Below, piece after piece: positions 18,450 through 28,663 of a stretch of 64,000 bases of DNA. Each line of letters begins with the position of its first letter. Within the stretch, counting starts at the first letter, position 1. Source of the DNA: an uncultured Candidatus Saccharibacteria bacterium (lineage in GTDB: Bacteria > Patescibacteriota > Minisyncoccia > RBG-13-40-8-A); the NCBI GenBank assembly GCA_965231075.1, contig OZ246412.1, positions 91,903 through 155,902 of the forward strand, given 5' to 3'. Made by a program: the position numbers and the translations under genes. Below the pieces are notes generated by a model. The model was not told the DNA's origin, did not search any database, and saw only the letters and a program-made list of their open reading frames with translations.

Positions 18450-18542
18450 CGATCTTTTAACGGCGGTGGTCCGGAAACGGACCACTTTTTTTATTTAAAT
18501 GCTATAATTAAATTGTAAGTTAATTATTAACCTTTCGAAATT

Positions 18543-19304
18543 ATGAACAAACTCATCACAAGAATATCAACATTAATAGCGTATGTTGTCATGGTGGTAG
18601 TTAATTATTTGGCGGTAACTCTTCCATTAGGAGGTAGGGGAACCGGAGAAATATCTGACAACTATCCTAATTTATTTGCCCCGGCAGGTTACGCGTTTTC
18701 CATTTGGGGATTGATTTACGTGCTTTTGGGAATTTATGTTATTTATCAGTTAGGCAAGAAGGGAAGTGATTTGTTGGGAAAAGTGAATCGTTTATTTATC
18801 GTTAATGCCCTATTGAACGCTTCATGGATTTTTGCTTGGCACTACGATTTAATTTGGTTATCAGTTATTTTAATGTTGGGATTATTGTTTACGCTTATTC
18901 GTATTGCTGATATCTTTCGGGTTAGTAATCTGGAAAAAAAGAAGCGCTGGTTGGCGCGCTTGCCGTTTAGAGTTTATTTTGGCTGGATTACCGTTGCAAC
19001 GATTGCTAATATTGCAGTTTTTCTGGTTTATTTGGGGTGGAACAAATTTAATTTGTCTGATAGTTTTTGGACAGTTCTGATTCTTTTAATCGGAGCATTA
19101 ATTGGTTCGTGGCGCATACTTAAAGACAGGGCCATTTCTTATGGATTAGTATTGATCTGGGCATATGGCGCCATCCTTGCCAAACATCTTTCGGCTGACG
19201 AATTTTCCGGAAAATATCCTGGAGTTATTGGTGTGGTGATTTTGTGTTTATTGGTGTTTTTGGGAACAATAATTTCTATAAGCATTAAGAGAAAAGAAAA
19301 ATAG
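18543..19304 (+). CDS. TspO/tryptophan-rich sensory-like membrane protein
   Basis: FAPAGYAFSIWGLIY, LNASWIFAWH, YFGWITVA. Confidence 0.75.
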   Translation: MNKLITRISTLIAYVVMVVVNYLAVTLPLGGRGTGEISDNYPNLFAPAGYAFSIWGLIYVLLGIYVIYQLGKKGSDLLGKVNRLFIVNALLNASWIFAWHYDLIWLSVILMLGLLFTLIRIADIFRVSNLEKKKRWLARLPFRVYFGWITVATIANIAVFLVYLGWNKFNLSDSFWTVLILLIGALIGSWRILKDRAISYGLVLIWAYGAILAKHLSADEFSGKYPGVIGVVILCLLVFLGTIISISIKRKEK

Positions 19305-19306
19305 TT

Positions 19307-19705
19307 ATGTTTATTAGACTTTATTTTATCGCTTTGCCGGTCTTCTTCTTGATTGATATGATTTGGTTGGGGTTGATTTCAAAAAATTTTTATGCCAAAC
19401 AAATTGGTGATTTAATGAAACCAAACATTAATTGGATTGCAGCAATAATTTTTTATCTCATTTTTATCGCTGGTTTAGTTGTGTTTGTTATTTCTCCGGC
19501 TGTAGCCAAAAATTCTTGGATACACGCCTTGTTATCGGGAGCACTATTGGGATTGGTTTGTTATGCTACTTACGATCTTACAAACTTGGCCGTAGCTAAG
19601 AATTGGCCACTTTTGATCACAATTATTGATTTGTTGTGGGGAACAGTATTGGCCGCTTCGGTTTCTATTATCACTTATTTTATCGCCAAGAAGATTGGAT
19701 TATAA
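19307..19705 (+). CDS. DUF2177 family membrane protein
   Basis: IDMIWLG, YATYDLTNLA, IDLLWG. Confidence 0.8.
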   Translation: MFIRLYFIALPVFFLIDMIWLGLISKNFYAKQIGDLMKPNINWIAAIIFYLIFIAGLVVFVISPAVAKNSWIHALLSGALLGLVCYATYDLTNLAVAKNWPLLITIIDLLWGTVLAASVSIITYFIAKKIGL

Positions 19706-19792
19706 ATTATAAGCAAAACACACAACAGAAGAACTTATATAATTTAAGAGGTTTTTATTTTCCGCGAAAATGTTAAAATAAAAGAGAGATAA

Positions 19793-19909
19793 AAATTAAC
19801 CAACGATGATGAAATAATGACTGGCAAAATTGCCTTGGCCCATCTCAAAGAAATCCCTGACTATTATACAAGATTAGATGAAATGGAAAAAAGAGCAGAT
19901 AATAAATAA
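19793..19909 (+). pseudogene. 5'-truncated remnant of a DUF5661-like gene
   Basis: Frame reads TNDDEIMTGKIALAHLKEIPDYYTRLDEME with an in-frame TAA immediately upstream; family recalled from memory. Confidence 0.55.
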
Positions 19910-19927
19910 AAAGTAAAAAACAAACAC

Positions 19928-20248
19928 ATGAAACAACTTAAACCATCATTAGTTGGATTAATACAAGCAATAGGCGTAATTGTGTATTGTGTGTTAATCG
20001 CAATGTTTATTAATTTTATGGGCAAAAACGCAGAACCGGTGGGATTTTTGGGTGCGGCTGCAATGCTTGTTCTCTTGGTTTTCTCGGCAGGAGCAACAGG
20101 TTCCATGGTTTTTGGCTATCCGGCATATTTATTGTTTAAAGAAAAAGAAATTAAGAGGCCGTTGTTAGTCTTGGCATTTACTTCGTTGTTTTGTTTAATC
20201 ATTTTAGCAATTAGTGCAATTATCTATCTAATAAGTCTAGGGTGCTAA
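19928..20248 (+). CDS. Hypothetical membrane protein
   Basis: Three hydrophobic segments; LLVFSA..GSMVFGYP. Confidence 0.7.
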   Translation: MKQLKPSLVGLIQAIGVIVYCVLIAMFINFMGKNAEPVGFLGAAAMLVLLVFSAGATGSMVFGYPAYLLFKEKEIKRPLLVLAFTSLFCLIILAISAIIYLISLGC

Positions 20249-20263
20249 AACAGATCAGTTTCT

Positions 20264-20467
20264 ATGAAAATATTCATAAAGGTCAGGGCGAATGCTGGAA
20301 ATGATAAAGTCGATCTGCCACAGGTTTACGTTAAACAGCTCGCAAGAGAAGGGAAAGCCAATGAGGCCGTGATTAAATTGTTGGCAAAACATTTTAATGT
20401 CAGTAAATCAGCAATCAAAATTGTTTCAGGATTAAAATCAAAAAACAAAATAGTGGAAATAAAATAA
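20264..20467 (+). CDS. DUF167/UPF0235 family protein
   Basis: EGKANEAVIKLLAKHF..I.IVSG.KSKNK. Confidence 0.85.
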   Translation: MKIFIKVRANAGNDKVDLPQVYVKQLAREGKANEAVIKLLAKHFNVSKSAIKIVSGLKSKNKIVEIK

Positions 20468-20516
20468 ATTTAATAAGCATTACAATCGGAAGGTATGTTT
20501 TGGCTTATTAAAATCT

Positions 20517-21416
20517 ATGACCGAGAAAAAAGAATACAATATTATTGGGAAAAACATAACCCTTGAAACAAAAAAATACGCAACTGCCTACTTAAACGGT
20601 AGAAAAGATGGTGCAGCAATTTTTTTTGAAGGAGAATATATCAAAACCCCTGGAGATTTGATGTTTATTAACATAGCGAGAAACTATTTTAAAAAATATT
20701 TTTCGGAAATTGGACTAGATAATGAATTTGAATTCTCTGACAATCAAATACATTTTTTACCTGCAGACATTTTTAGATCATATTTTTCTGAACAACATAT
20801 GGAAAATAGTGGCATTTACGTTACCACCAATCAAGGAATTTATATAAACAAAGACATTTTTCGCGGAGATTGGATGATGATGTATAAGACACTGTTTCAC
20901 GAAATCACACACATGGCATCATTCTTAAAATTTGAAATACAAGACAACGTTCCTGATCATATCGGTTCGATTAGGAGTGGATACGCATTTGTTTCGCGTG
21001 ACAAGCAAACGATGAGCATGAAACATTTCAATGAAATTATTGTCGAACGATTTGTTTATGAATTCTTTGATTCGCATCGTAGGGAATTATTAAAAAAATT
21101 TAAAATTAATTTAAACAAAAATGAAGAACTTTATTTGGGTTATTATCCTCTAGAAATTTTGGACGCCATAATTGAAGGTGTTGCTAGGGCAAAAGGAGAA
21201 AAAGAATATGCGGTTTGGAAGAGATTTGAAAAAGGGTTATTTACGGGCACTATGATGCATTTACGAGAAGTTGAAAGAGTTTTTGGTCCAGAATCCTTAA
21301 GAATGTTATCGCGTTTAGAGTTGGTTCGTAATAGTGAAATAGGCGGAGAGAAAGAGGAAGAGTACAACAAAATTCTAAATTATTTTCAAAATCATAATTA
21401 TCATAATAATAAGTAA
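20517..21416 (+). CDS. Hypothetical protein with HExxH motif (putative zinc metallopeptidase)
   Basis: LFHEITHM and downstream FNE..VE. Confidence 0.65.
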   Translation: MTEKKEYNIIGKNITLETKKYATAYLNGRKDGAAIFFEGEYIKTPGDLMFINIARNYFKKYFSEIGLDNEFEFSDNQIHFLPADIFRSYFSEQHMENSGIYVTTNQGIYINKDIFRGDWMMMYKTLFHEITHMASFLKFEIQDNVPDHIGSIRSGYAFVSRDKQTMSMKHFNEIIVERFVYEFFDSHRRELLKKFKINLNKNEELYLGYYPLEILDAIIEGVARAKGEKEYAVWKRFEKGLFTGTMMHLREVERVFGPESLRMLSRLELVRNSEIGGEKEEEYNKILNYFQNHNYHNNK

Positions 21417-21429
21417 AAAATCAAAACAT

Positions 21430-21528
21430 ATGAGCATGGGATGGGCAAATCAAAAAAGACGTGATCGAAAAGCCAAACGAAGACATAGGGGCTCGGTTAA
21501 AATGAAAATCAAGGCAAGAAAAAGATAA
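21430..21528 (+). CDS. Small highly basic peptide (32 aa)
   Basis: MSMGWANQKRRDRKAKRRHRGSVKMKIKARKR fills the intergenic gap on the operon strand. Confidence 0.5.
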   Translation: MSMGWANQKRRDRKAKRRHRGSVKMKIKARKR

Positions 21529-21558
21529 TTTAAAAAAACAATTTAAGTAAAATTAAAA

Positions 21559-22449
21559 ATGAAAAAAATAAACATAGTTATACTTGCGATTTGTTTGGTC
21601 TTAATTATTGGTGCGGTCTATTTTAGTTTAATCAAAAAAGACAATTCAGGGGCCAACAACAATCAGATTGTTGGTGGAGACAAAGATGAGCATGGGTGTC
21701 TTGGTTCTGCGGGTTATGGTTGGTGTGAAGCAACTCAAAAATGTTTTCGTGCATTTGAAGAATTCTGTTCCAGTGATGTGAAAAAATTAGCGGACGATAT
21801 AAAACAAGCAACTAATATAGAATTATTATCAAAGGGGGAAACAACCTTTAATTGGATTGTCTCCAATAATAAAGTCTCCACAGATAAAACGATTTCTGGT
21901 GTCTTGTATCAAATTGAAGATGTAAAATTTGCCGAATATCGTAAAATCGAAGAATTTTTAACCGACACCTACGGGATAAACATAAATAATGTTGCTGATG
22001 GAGTGGTGGCTGGTTTGCGGGGTTATCAAATTGGATATACTGCCTGCGTTTTAAATTACAGGCATAATCAATTAAAAGAGAATGAAAATGCGCCTACAGA
22101 AGCGATTGGAGACAGCGTTAAAGTTAAACTCGAATGTGGATATTTTAATCCTAATGATATCGATAAAATTTTAATCGAACAGACAATTAGAGAACTTTTA
22201 GCTACGAAATATAAAAAAACCATTTCAGACATTAGAGTGAATATCACAAAATCTGATGAAACGCATGTTGCCGGAAATACAGCGATAGCAATGAACGGAC
22301 AATTCGGCGAAGGGGGATTATTTTTAGCAGTTAAAGAAAGCGATAATTGGAAAATCATCTTTGATGGGAATGGATCGATTGATTGTTCGGCAATGAAATC
22401 ACAATACGGATTCTCAGACGAAATACTAAAACCCAACTTCTGCGATTAA
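21559..22449 (+). CDS. Secreted or membrane-anchored hypothetical protein
   Basis: N-terminal TM segment; GGDKDEHGCLGSAGYGWC Cys motif. Confidence 0.75.
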   Translation: MKKINIVILAICLVLIIGAVYFSLIKKDNSGANNNQIVGGDKDEHGCLGSAGYGWCEATQKCFRAFEEFCSSDVKKLADDIKQATNIELLSKGETTFNWIVSNNKVSTDKTISGVLYQIEDVKFAEYRKIEEFLTDTYGININNVADGVVAGLRGYQIGYTACVLNYRHNQLKENENAPTEAIGDSVKVKLECGYFNPNDIDKILIEQTIRELLATKYKKTISDIRVNITKSDETHVAGNTAIAMNGQFGEGGLFLAVKESDNWKIIFDGNGSIDCSAMKSQYGFSDEILKPNFCD

Positions 22450-22547
22450 CCCATTTGTCTAATTGATTTATTTGTGGTATCGTAATCTTAGGCTAAATTG
22501 AAAGAATTACGCCGCAAGCGTGGTTCTTTTATTTAAAGACAAATTTT

Positions 22548-24332
22548 ATGGAAACGAGAAACATTGCAATTATTGCCCACGTTGATCATGGTAAGACCAC
22601 CCTTACCAACGCTTTAATGCATCAAACGGGGATGGCCGACGAAAATGTGAATATGGATTCTGATGCGTTGGAATTGGAACGAGGAATTACGATCTATTCA
22701 AAAAATACGTCGGTTTTTTATCGTGACTCCAAAATAAACATTGTTGATACTCCTGGTCATGCCGATTTTAGTTCAGAAGTAGAACGAATCTTAAGATCAA
22801 TTGATAGTGTTTTGTTGTTAGTTGATGCTCAAGAGGGACCAATGCCACAAACAAAATTTGTTTTAAAAAAATCATTAGAACTGGGACTAAAACCAATTGT
22901 TGTAATTAATAAAATTGACAAACCCGCCGCTAGACCAGAAGAAGTTCACGAAATGGTTTATGAATTATTTTTGGACTTGGGTGCAAATGACGAACAATTA
23001 AATTTTAAAACTGTTTATGCTTCATCAAGAGAGGGAACCGCGAAACTACATTTAAACGACGAATCGAAAAATTTAAACCCATTATTAGACATAATTTTAA
23101 ATAATGTTTCTCCGGCATCGACCCCGGAAATGGAAGAAAGGCCACTGACTGCCCAACCATTCAATTTGGCTTATGACAATTTTTTAGGTCGTTGTGCAAT
23201 TTGTAGGATTTATTCAGGAAAAATAAAGAACAATCAAGAAGTGATTATCAAAAATTCAAGCAAAGAACCAAGGAAATTTAAAATTATAAAACTTTTTACT
23301 TTTAATGGTTTAAATCGACAAGAAGTAAACGAAGCCGTTGCTGGAGATATCGTGATGATTGCCGGACTCACGGACATTGAAATAGGGGAGACAATTGTTG
23401 AAAACGTAAACCAAGAATTGCTTCCGGCTATTAAAATTGATGAACCCACAATTTCTTTAAATTTTTTAGTGAACAATTCTCCCTTTGCCGGGAAAGAAGG
23501 AAAATTTGTAACCAGCAGACAAATCAAAGAGAGGCTCAAAAAAGAATTAGAGGTCAACGTAGGGCTAAAAATAGATTTTTCAAACGTGCATTATTCAAAA
23601 GTTTTTGGGAGAGGGGAATTACACATTGCAATTTTACTTGAGAATTTGAGACGCGAGGGATATGAACTACAAGTTTCAAAACCGCAAGCAATTATCAGAG
23701 AAGAAAATGGTAAAAAACTAGAACCATTCGAAGAGGTTTTGATTGATGTTCCAGAAAGTTTATCGGGAACGGTAATTGAAAAATTGTCCAAAAGAAGAGG
23801 TCAGCTCACAGACATAAAAACAAAAAACAAGCAGACAAGATTAACGTTTAAAATTCCTACACGTGGACTTTTAGGTTATCGTAGCGAATTTGTTGTCGAT
23901 ACAAAAGGAATGGGAATCTTGTGTGCTCATTTTCTTGGTTTTGATGATTATGCTGGTGATATTTCTAGAAAAGAAATTGGTTCAATGATTTCAATGATAA
24001 CCGGTAAAGCGGCGGGATTCGCCCTTTGGAATCTACAAGAACGCGGAGTGATTTATATCGGACACGGAGATGATGTTTATGAGGGAATGATTATTGGTAA
24101 TACGCCAACCGGTTTTGACATGGAAGTTAATCCCACCAAGGGAAAACAATTAACCAATATGCGTGCTTCTGGTTCAGACGAGGCAATTTGTTTGATTCCG
24201 CCATGGGAAATAACATTAGAAAGGGGATTGAGCATTATTAATGACGACGAGTATATGGAAGTAACCCCCAAAAATATTCGCCTAAGAAAACAACATTTAA
24301 CCGAAAACGAGAGAAAAAAAGCAAAGCGATAA
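22548..24332 (+). CDS. typA: Translational GTPase TypA/BipA
   Basis: RNIAIIAHVDHGKTT, GRGELH, KGKQLTNMRASGSD, EVTPKNIRLRK. Confidence 0.96.
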   Translation: METRNIAIIAHVDHGKTTLTNALMHQTGMADENVNMDSDALELERGITIYSKNTSVFYRDSKINIVDTPGHADFSSEVERILRSIDSVLLLVDAQEGPMPQTKFVLKKSLELGLKPIVVINKIDKPAARPEEVHEMVYELFLDLGANDEQLNFKTVYASSREGTAKLHLNDESKNLNPLLDIILNNVSPASTPEMEERPLTAQPFNLAYDNFLGRCAICRIYSGKIKNNQEVIIKNSSKEPRKFKIIKLFTFNGLNRQEVNEAVAGDIVMIAGLTDIEIGETIVENVNQELLPAIKIDEPTISLNFLVNNSPFAGKEGKFVTSRQIKERLKKELEVNVGLKIDFSNVHYSKVFGRGELHIAILLENLRREGYELQVSKPQAIIREENGKKLEPFEEVLIDVPESLSGTVIEKLSKRRGQLTDIKTKNKQTRLTFKIPTRGLLGYRSEFVVDTKGMGILCAHFLGFDDYAGDISRKEIGSMISMITGKAAGFALWNLQERGVIYIGHGDDVYEGMIIGNTPTGFDMEVNPTKGKQLTNMRASGSDEAICLIPPWEITLERGLSIINDDEYMEVTPKNIRLRKQHLTENERKKAKR

Positions 24333-24402
24333 ATATAACTCTTGACAGAACAATATATAATTGTTATTATTAAACTTCGAATTTTTTAAGGAGGTTCTTT
24401 AG

Positions 24403-24606
24403 ATGAACGAAATGATTACGGCTCAAGACGAACAAACAGTTCTCTATGCCCTTGACATGGAAGTCATGGGCAAAACATTCAGCGAGCTCAAGCAGGACAC
24501 GAACATGGAGACGGCCAAGCTGGTGGCGATTCTCGAAGCGCTTCAGCGGAAAGATTCCGTCGGATACGACGGCAATCGGTATTTCATCAAGAGCAAGAAT
24601 ACTTAA
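24403..24606 (+). CDS. Small winged-HTH-like hypothetical protein (solitary cassette)
   Basis: TTGACA(24342)-17-TATTAT, AGGAGG SD, terminator at about 24627-24657. Confidence 0.6.
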   Translation: MNEMITAQDEQTVLYALDMEVMGKTFSELKQDTNMETAKLVAILEALQRKDSVGYDGNRYFIKSKNT

Positions 24607-24692
24607 AAGAGGGAGGGCGTTGCAGTGCCGCGGGAATCAAATCCTGCGGCGTTTTTATTGCTTTTAAGGACAATACGGGCTATTATGACAAT

Positions 24693-25394
24693 ATGAAGCC
24701 GAACAAGATAAAAGCTGAAATTAGGAAACAAGCCGACCCAAAGAGAGCCGAAAGTTCCCTCTGGTTTTTTAAAACCGGAAAAGGTGAATATGGCGAAGGG
24801 GATAAATTCTTAGGAATTAATAATCCCAAAACGCGTAAGATTGCAAAAGATTTTTTTGTTGATTTGAAATTGATCGATTTAGACGGGCTCATTAAAAGTA
24901 AATTTCACGAAGAGAGACAAATTGCTCTTTTTATTTTAACTCTGAAATTTCAGAGAGCCGATTTAAGCGAACAGAAAAGTATTTTTAATTTTTATTTAAA
25001 ACACACAGAATGCATTAATAATTGGGATTTAGTAGACTGCTCTGCCCACAAAATTGTTGGCCCATATTTAGAAAATAAAGACAGAAAAATTTTATACAAA
25101 CTCGCCAAATCTAAAAGTTTGTGGGAGCGCCGAATTGCTATAATTTCTACTTTTTGTTTTATTGCCCAAAACGACTTTAAAGATTCACTAAAAATCGCTG
25201 CAGTTTTAATAAACGACAAACACGATTTAATACACAAGGCGGTCGGTTGGATGTTGCGGGAAATAGGAAAGCGTGATCAAGAAGTTGAGGAAAAATTTTT
25301 AAAGAAACATTACAAGACGATGCCTCGAACAATGTTGCGTTATGCGATTGAAAAATTTAACGATAAAAAAAGAAAATTTTATTTAAACAAATAA
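24693..25394 (+). CDS. DNA alkylation repair protein (AlkD-like)
   Basis: FKTGKGEYGEGDKFLG, NNWDLVD, LWERRIAI, KAVGWMLRE. Confidence 0.9.
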   Translation: MKPNKIKAEIRKQADPKRAESSLWFFKTGKGEYGEGDKFLGINNPKTRKIAKDFFVDLKLIDLDGLIKSKFHEERQIALFILTLKFQRADLSEQKSIFNFYLKHTECINNWDLVDCSAHKIVGPYLENKDRKILYKLAKSKSLWERRIAIISTFCFIAQNDFKDSLKIAAVLINDKHDLIHKAVGWMLREIGKRDQEVEEKFLKKHYKTMPRTMLRYAIEKFNDKKRKFYLNK

Positions 25395-25398
25395 ACAT

Positions 25399-26112
25399 AT
25401 GAGATTAAATAGATTTTTAATGAAATTCAATTTAAATCAAGACAACTTAAAAATTGATGATTTTGAAATTTATAATCAAATTAGAAATGTATTGAGACTA
25501 AAGCCCGGCGAACAAATTATTTTGTTCGATGGCGAATCCAATGAAGCGAAAACAGAAATTTTGAATATTAATCACGAAGACAAAACTATTGATTTGCTTG
25601 TTTTGGAAACAGGAAGAAATCAACAAGAATCAGAAAAAGAAATAACTCTATATTGTTCGATTTTAAAACGTGAAAATTTCGAATTAGTCGCACAAAAAGT
25701 AACAGAAATTGGAATTTCTAAAATCGTACCAATAATTTGTGAACGAACGGTAAAAACAGGAATTCGAAAAGAAAGATTAAAAAAGATAATAAAAGAAGCA
25801 AGTGAGCAGTCGGGCAGGGGGATAATTCTTGAAATTTCAGAACCAATTAATTTTGAACAGGCGATTGAACAAGCAAAGGAAAATAATCTAAATCTATTTT
25901 TCGACATTTCCGGCAAACCATTAAAATCCTGCGAAGTTAAATCTCGTAAGGTCGGTTTGTTTATTGGGCCAGAGGGTGGTTGGAGTGATGAGGAATTGGA
26001 ATTAGCCCAAAACAATAATTTTGAAGTTATAAAGTTGTCCGAACTAAATTTTCGCGCAGAAACGGCAGCAATTGTTGCTAGCTACTTAGTTTGTTATAAT
26101 GAAAACATATGA
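25399..26112 (+). CDS. rsmE: 16S rRNA m3U1498 methyltransferase
   Basis: VLRL, EASEQSGR, IGPEGG, RAETA. Confidence 0.93.
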   Translation: MRLNRFLMKFNLNQDNLKIDDFEIYNQIRNVLRLKPGEQIILFDGESNEAKTEILNINHEDKTIDLLVLETGRNQQESEKEITLYCSILKRENFELVAQKVTEIGISKIVPIICERTVKTGIRKERLKKIIKEASEQSGRGIILEISEPINFEQAIEQAKENNLNLFFDISGKPLKSCEVKSRKVGLFIGPEGGWSDEELELAQNNNFEVIKLSELNFRAETAAIVASYLVCYNENI

Positions 26113-26345
26113 AAAAAATCATTAAAGCACAATTTGTGGTGTTGTTAATAGGATTTTTATTTGCCTGGACTAATTTTACGGTTGAATTAATAAGCTGGCT
26201 AAACCAAAAAACTTGTACTTTGGGATGCACGAAACTAGGAACAATCCCATTTTTGACTCCCTGTTTTGGCGGAGCAATATTTTTTACAATTGCCTTTGTT
26301 TTAAGCATGTTGCTTTTGAAGAGATCCAAAAAAATTGTTAATTAG
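26109..26345 (+). CDS. Small membrane protein
   Basis: Two TM segments, CTLGC..PFLTPCFGG. Confidence 0.6.
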   Translation: MKKIIKAQFVVLLIGFLFAWTNFTVELISWLNQKTCTLGCTKLGTIPFLTPCFGGAIFFTIAFVLSMLLLKRSKKIVN

Positions 26346-26349
26346 TGCA

Positions 26350-27225
26350 ATGAATAAAAAAAGATTAATTGTTATTATTTTAATCGGCGCAATTTTTTTA
26401 GTTGCGTTTTTTTTATTAAAGAATCAATTATTTAAGATTTATTCTGACGTTTCCAATGTATCTAATTATGAAAAAATGGGAGATTTGTTATTGGAGCAAA
26501 TTGAAAAAACGATTTCTACGCCCACACCCCTAAAAAGAGTCATCGAAAACCAACAAGGGTTTTTAACGGAATCGGGGATTTTAAAATATACTAACGAGCA
26601 GAGGACAAAAAATGGCCTAGAACCATTAATGGAAAATTTAAAACTAAACGCAAGCGCGAGATTAAAAGTTGAAGAAATGTTTAAAAATCAATACTTTGAA
26701 CATGTTTCACCAACAGGAATCGGGGTTGGTGAATTAGCACAGCAGATAAACTATGAATATATTGTTATTGGAGAAAATTTAGCAATGGGAAATTTTAAAA
26801 ATAGTGAAGAATTAGTACAAGCGTGGATGGATAGTCCTGGACACAGAGAAAATATTTTAAATTCTAAATACGTAGAAATCGGAATTGCGGTAATGGAAGA
26901 TAATTATCAAGGACAAAAAGTTTGGATGGCGGTTCAACACTTTGCTAAACCGATAGCAGACTGCATGAAGCCTAACGAAAATTTAAAAATTGAAATTAAA
27001 GCCGAAGAAGAACAAGTTAGACAACTAAACGATGCTCTAAATTTGATGCACGATCAATTAGATGGCCTTAGGCCCAAAACGCAAAAAGAAATAGATTTAT
27101 ATAATCAACAAGTCGAAAAATACAATTCTTTGTTAAACCAGTATAATTTCTTAGTAGACGAGGTTAAAAAGCTGATTAATGATTATAATGGGCAAGTTGA
27201 AGCATTTAACGAGTGCTTGAAATAG
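26350..27225 (+). CDS. CAP (SCP) domain protein
   Basis: TNEQR, YFEH, GENLA, WMDSPGHRENIL, VQHF. Confidence 0.9.
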   Translation: MNKKRLIVIILIGAIFLVAFFLLKNQLFKIYSDVSNVSNYEKMGDLLLEQIEKTISTPTPLKRVIENQQGFLTESGILKYTNEQRTKNGLEPLMENLKLNASARLKVEEMFKNQYFEHVSPTGIGVGELAQQINYEYIVIGENLAMGNFKNSEELVQAWMDSPGHRENILNSKYVEIGIAVMEDNYQGQKVWMAVQHFAKPIADCMKPNENLKIEIKAEEEQVRQLNDALNLMHDQLDGLRPKTQKEIDLYNQQVEKYNSLLNQYNFLVDEVKKLINDYNGQVEAFNECLK

Positions 27226-27254
27226 AAAAACTCTGCCCCGACCTTGCGTCGGGG

Positions 27255-27283
27255 TTGACAACAGATTATTATAATGTTAGTAT
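27255..27283 (+). promoter_or_regulatory. Sigma70-type promoter abutting a palindromic repeat
   Basis: TTGACA-17-TAGTAT with TG extension; the -35 box directly follows ccccgaccttgcgtcgggg. Confidence 0.65.
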
Positions 27284-27297
27284 TAGCGCAGCTATAT

Positions 27298-28107
27298 ATG
27301 AAGAAGAAGGTTATAATTTTGGTAGCGGTTTTGATTTTAGTTTTCGTCGGTGGAGTGATGGCGACAAAAATAATTCAAAAAAACAAGATAAACGCCTTAG
27401 GGATAGTTGTTTATGATCCCAAGGCGAATTCTGTTATACAAAGCCCTCTTTTAATTGAGGGCAAGGCAAAAGGCAATTGGTTTTTCGAGGGATCGTTTTC
27501 GGTTGAACTCACGGATGAGAGCAGAAAGCATTTTGCGACTGGCATAGTTCAAACTCGAGACGACTGGATGACAGAAGATTTTGTTTCCTTTGACGCCAAA
27601 TTAGAATTTATTTCTAACACCGAGATTAAGGGGCTTTTAATTTTTAGGAATGCCAATCCTTCCGGCTTGCCGGAAAATTCTCAAGAATTTATTGTGCCGG
27701 TGATTATTCCTAAATCCGAAACTTCTACAATAAAAGTTTATTTTAATAATAACCAAATGGATCCAGAGATTTCTTGTAACAAAGTTTTTCCTGTAGAGCG
27801 AACCATAAAAAAGACAGAAGCGGTTGGCAGAGCAGCGATTGAAGAACTGTTAAAGGGTCCTACCGAACAGGAAAGAAAGCAAGGATTTTTCACAAGTATT
27901 AATTCTGGCGTAAAAATTCAACAACTGACAATCGAAAACGGTATTGCTAAAATTGATTTCAACGAAACCTTACAGGCACAAGTCGGTGGCTCTTGTATGG
28001 TTTCAGCAATTCGCGCCGAAATAATCGAAACCTTAAAACAATTTTCCACAGTTCAAAACGTAATAATTTCTATAGATGGTAAAACTGAAGATATTCTTCA
28101 GCCATAA
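27298..28107 (+). CDS. Gmad2 Ig-like plus GerMN domain protein
   Basis: GNWFFEGSF, NANPSGLPEN, LLKGPT..E, TLKQF.TV..V.ISIDG. Confidence 0.85.
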   Translation: MKKKVIILVAVLILVFVGGVMATKIIQKNKINALGIVVYDPKANSVIQSPLLIEGKAKGNWFFEGSFSVELTDESRKHFATGIVQTRDDWMTEDFVSFDAKLEFISNTEIKGLLIFRNANPSGLPENSQEFIVPVIIPKSETSTIKVYFNNNQMDPEISCNKVFPVERTIKKTEAVGRAAIEELLKGPTEQERKQGFFTSINSGVKIQQLTIENGIAKIDFNETLQAQVGGSCMVSAIRAEIIETLKQFSTVQNVIISIDGKTEDILQP

Positions 28108-28208
28108 AGTGAAAAGGTCGTTTAATTAAAATTAAAAAAGTTTCTATTCGCAATTTACGTTAAAATATAGTTTATTTTAGAATAAATTGTTCGTGAAATT
28201 TAATTTTC

Positions 28209-28526
28209 GTGATGTTTAGAAAAAGAGATGATTCTCCAAGAAAAATGGTACAAGGAAACTGGAAGTGTTCAAAATGTAATGCCGATATAAACGAGTTACC
28301 ATTTGAACCATCAGGTGATTTGCCAATCTATTGCAGTGCTTGCCACAGAGAAAGAATGGGCGAAAGACGAGGCAATATGGGTGGTAGAAATTTCCAAAGA
28401 CAAATGGTTCAAGGAGACTGGAAATGTGCTAAATGTGGAGTTGATATAAATCAACTTCCATTTCAACCCAAAGAAGGTCAAGAAATTCTTTGCCGAGATT
28501 GCTACAAAGCACAAAAAGGATACTAA
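28209..28526 (+). CDS. Tandem CxxC-x17-CxxC domain protein
   Basis: Two copies of WKCxKC..I..LPF.P....CxxC. Confidence 0.85.
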   Translation: MMFRKRDDSPRKMVQGNWKCSKCNADINELPFEPSGDLPIYCSACHRERMGERRGNMGGRNFQRQMVQGDWKCAKCGVDINQLPFQPKEGQEILCRDCYKAQKGY

Positions 28527-28663
28527 TATCTTTTATAGTTTAAAACAACCCTCCTCGCATTACGGGGGGGGTTGTTTTGTTTCGGTATTGAACATAAATA
28601 AAATATATGCTACTGTAAAAACAAGGAGCGAAAGCACCTTGGAATTTATGAAGGGAGGTTCCC

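Noticed and set aside
28240-28510. Internal direct repeat as a second VR/TR pair
   Set aside because: Mismatches are not restricted to adenines; it is an in-gene duplication of the CxxC-x17-CxxC domain.
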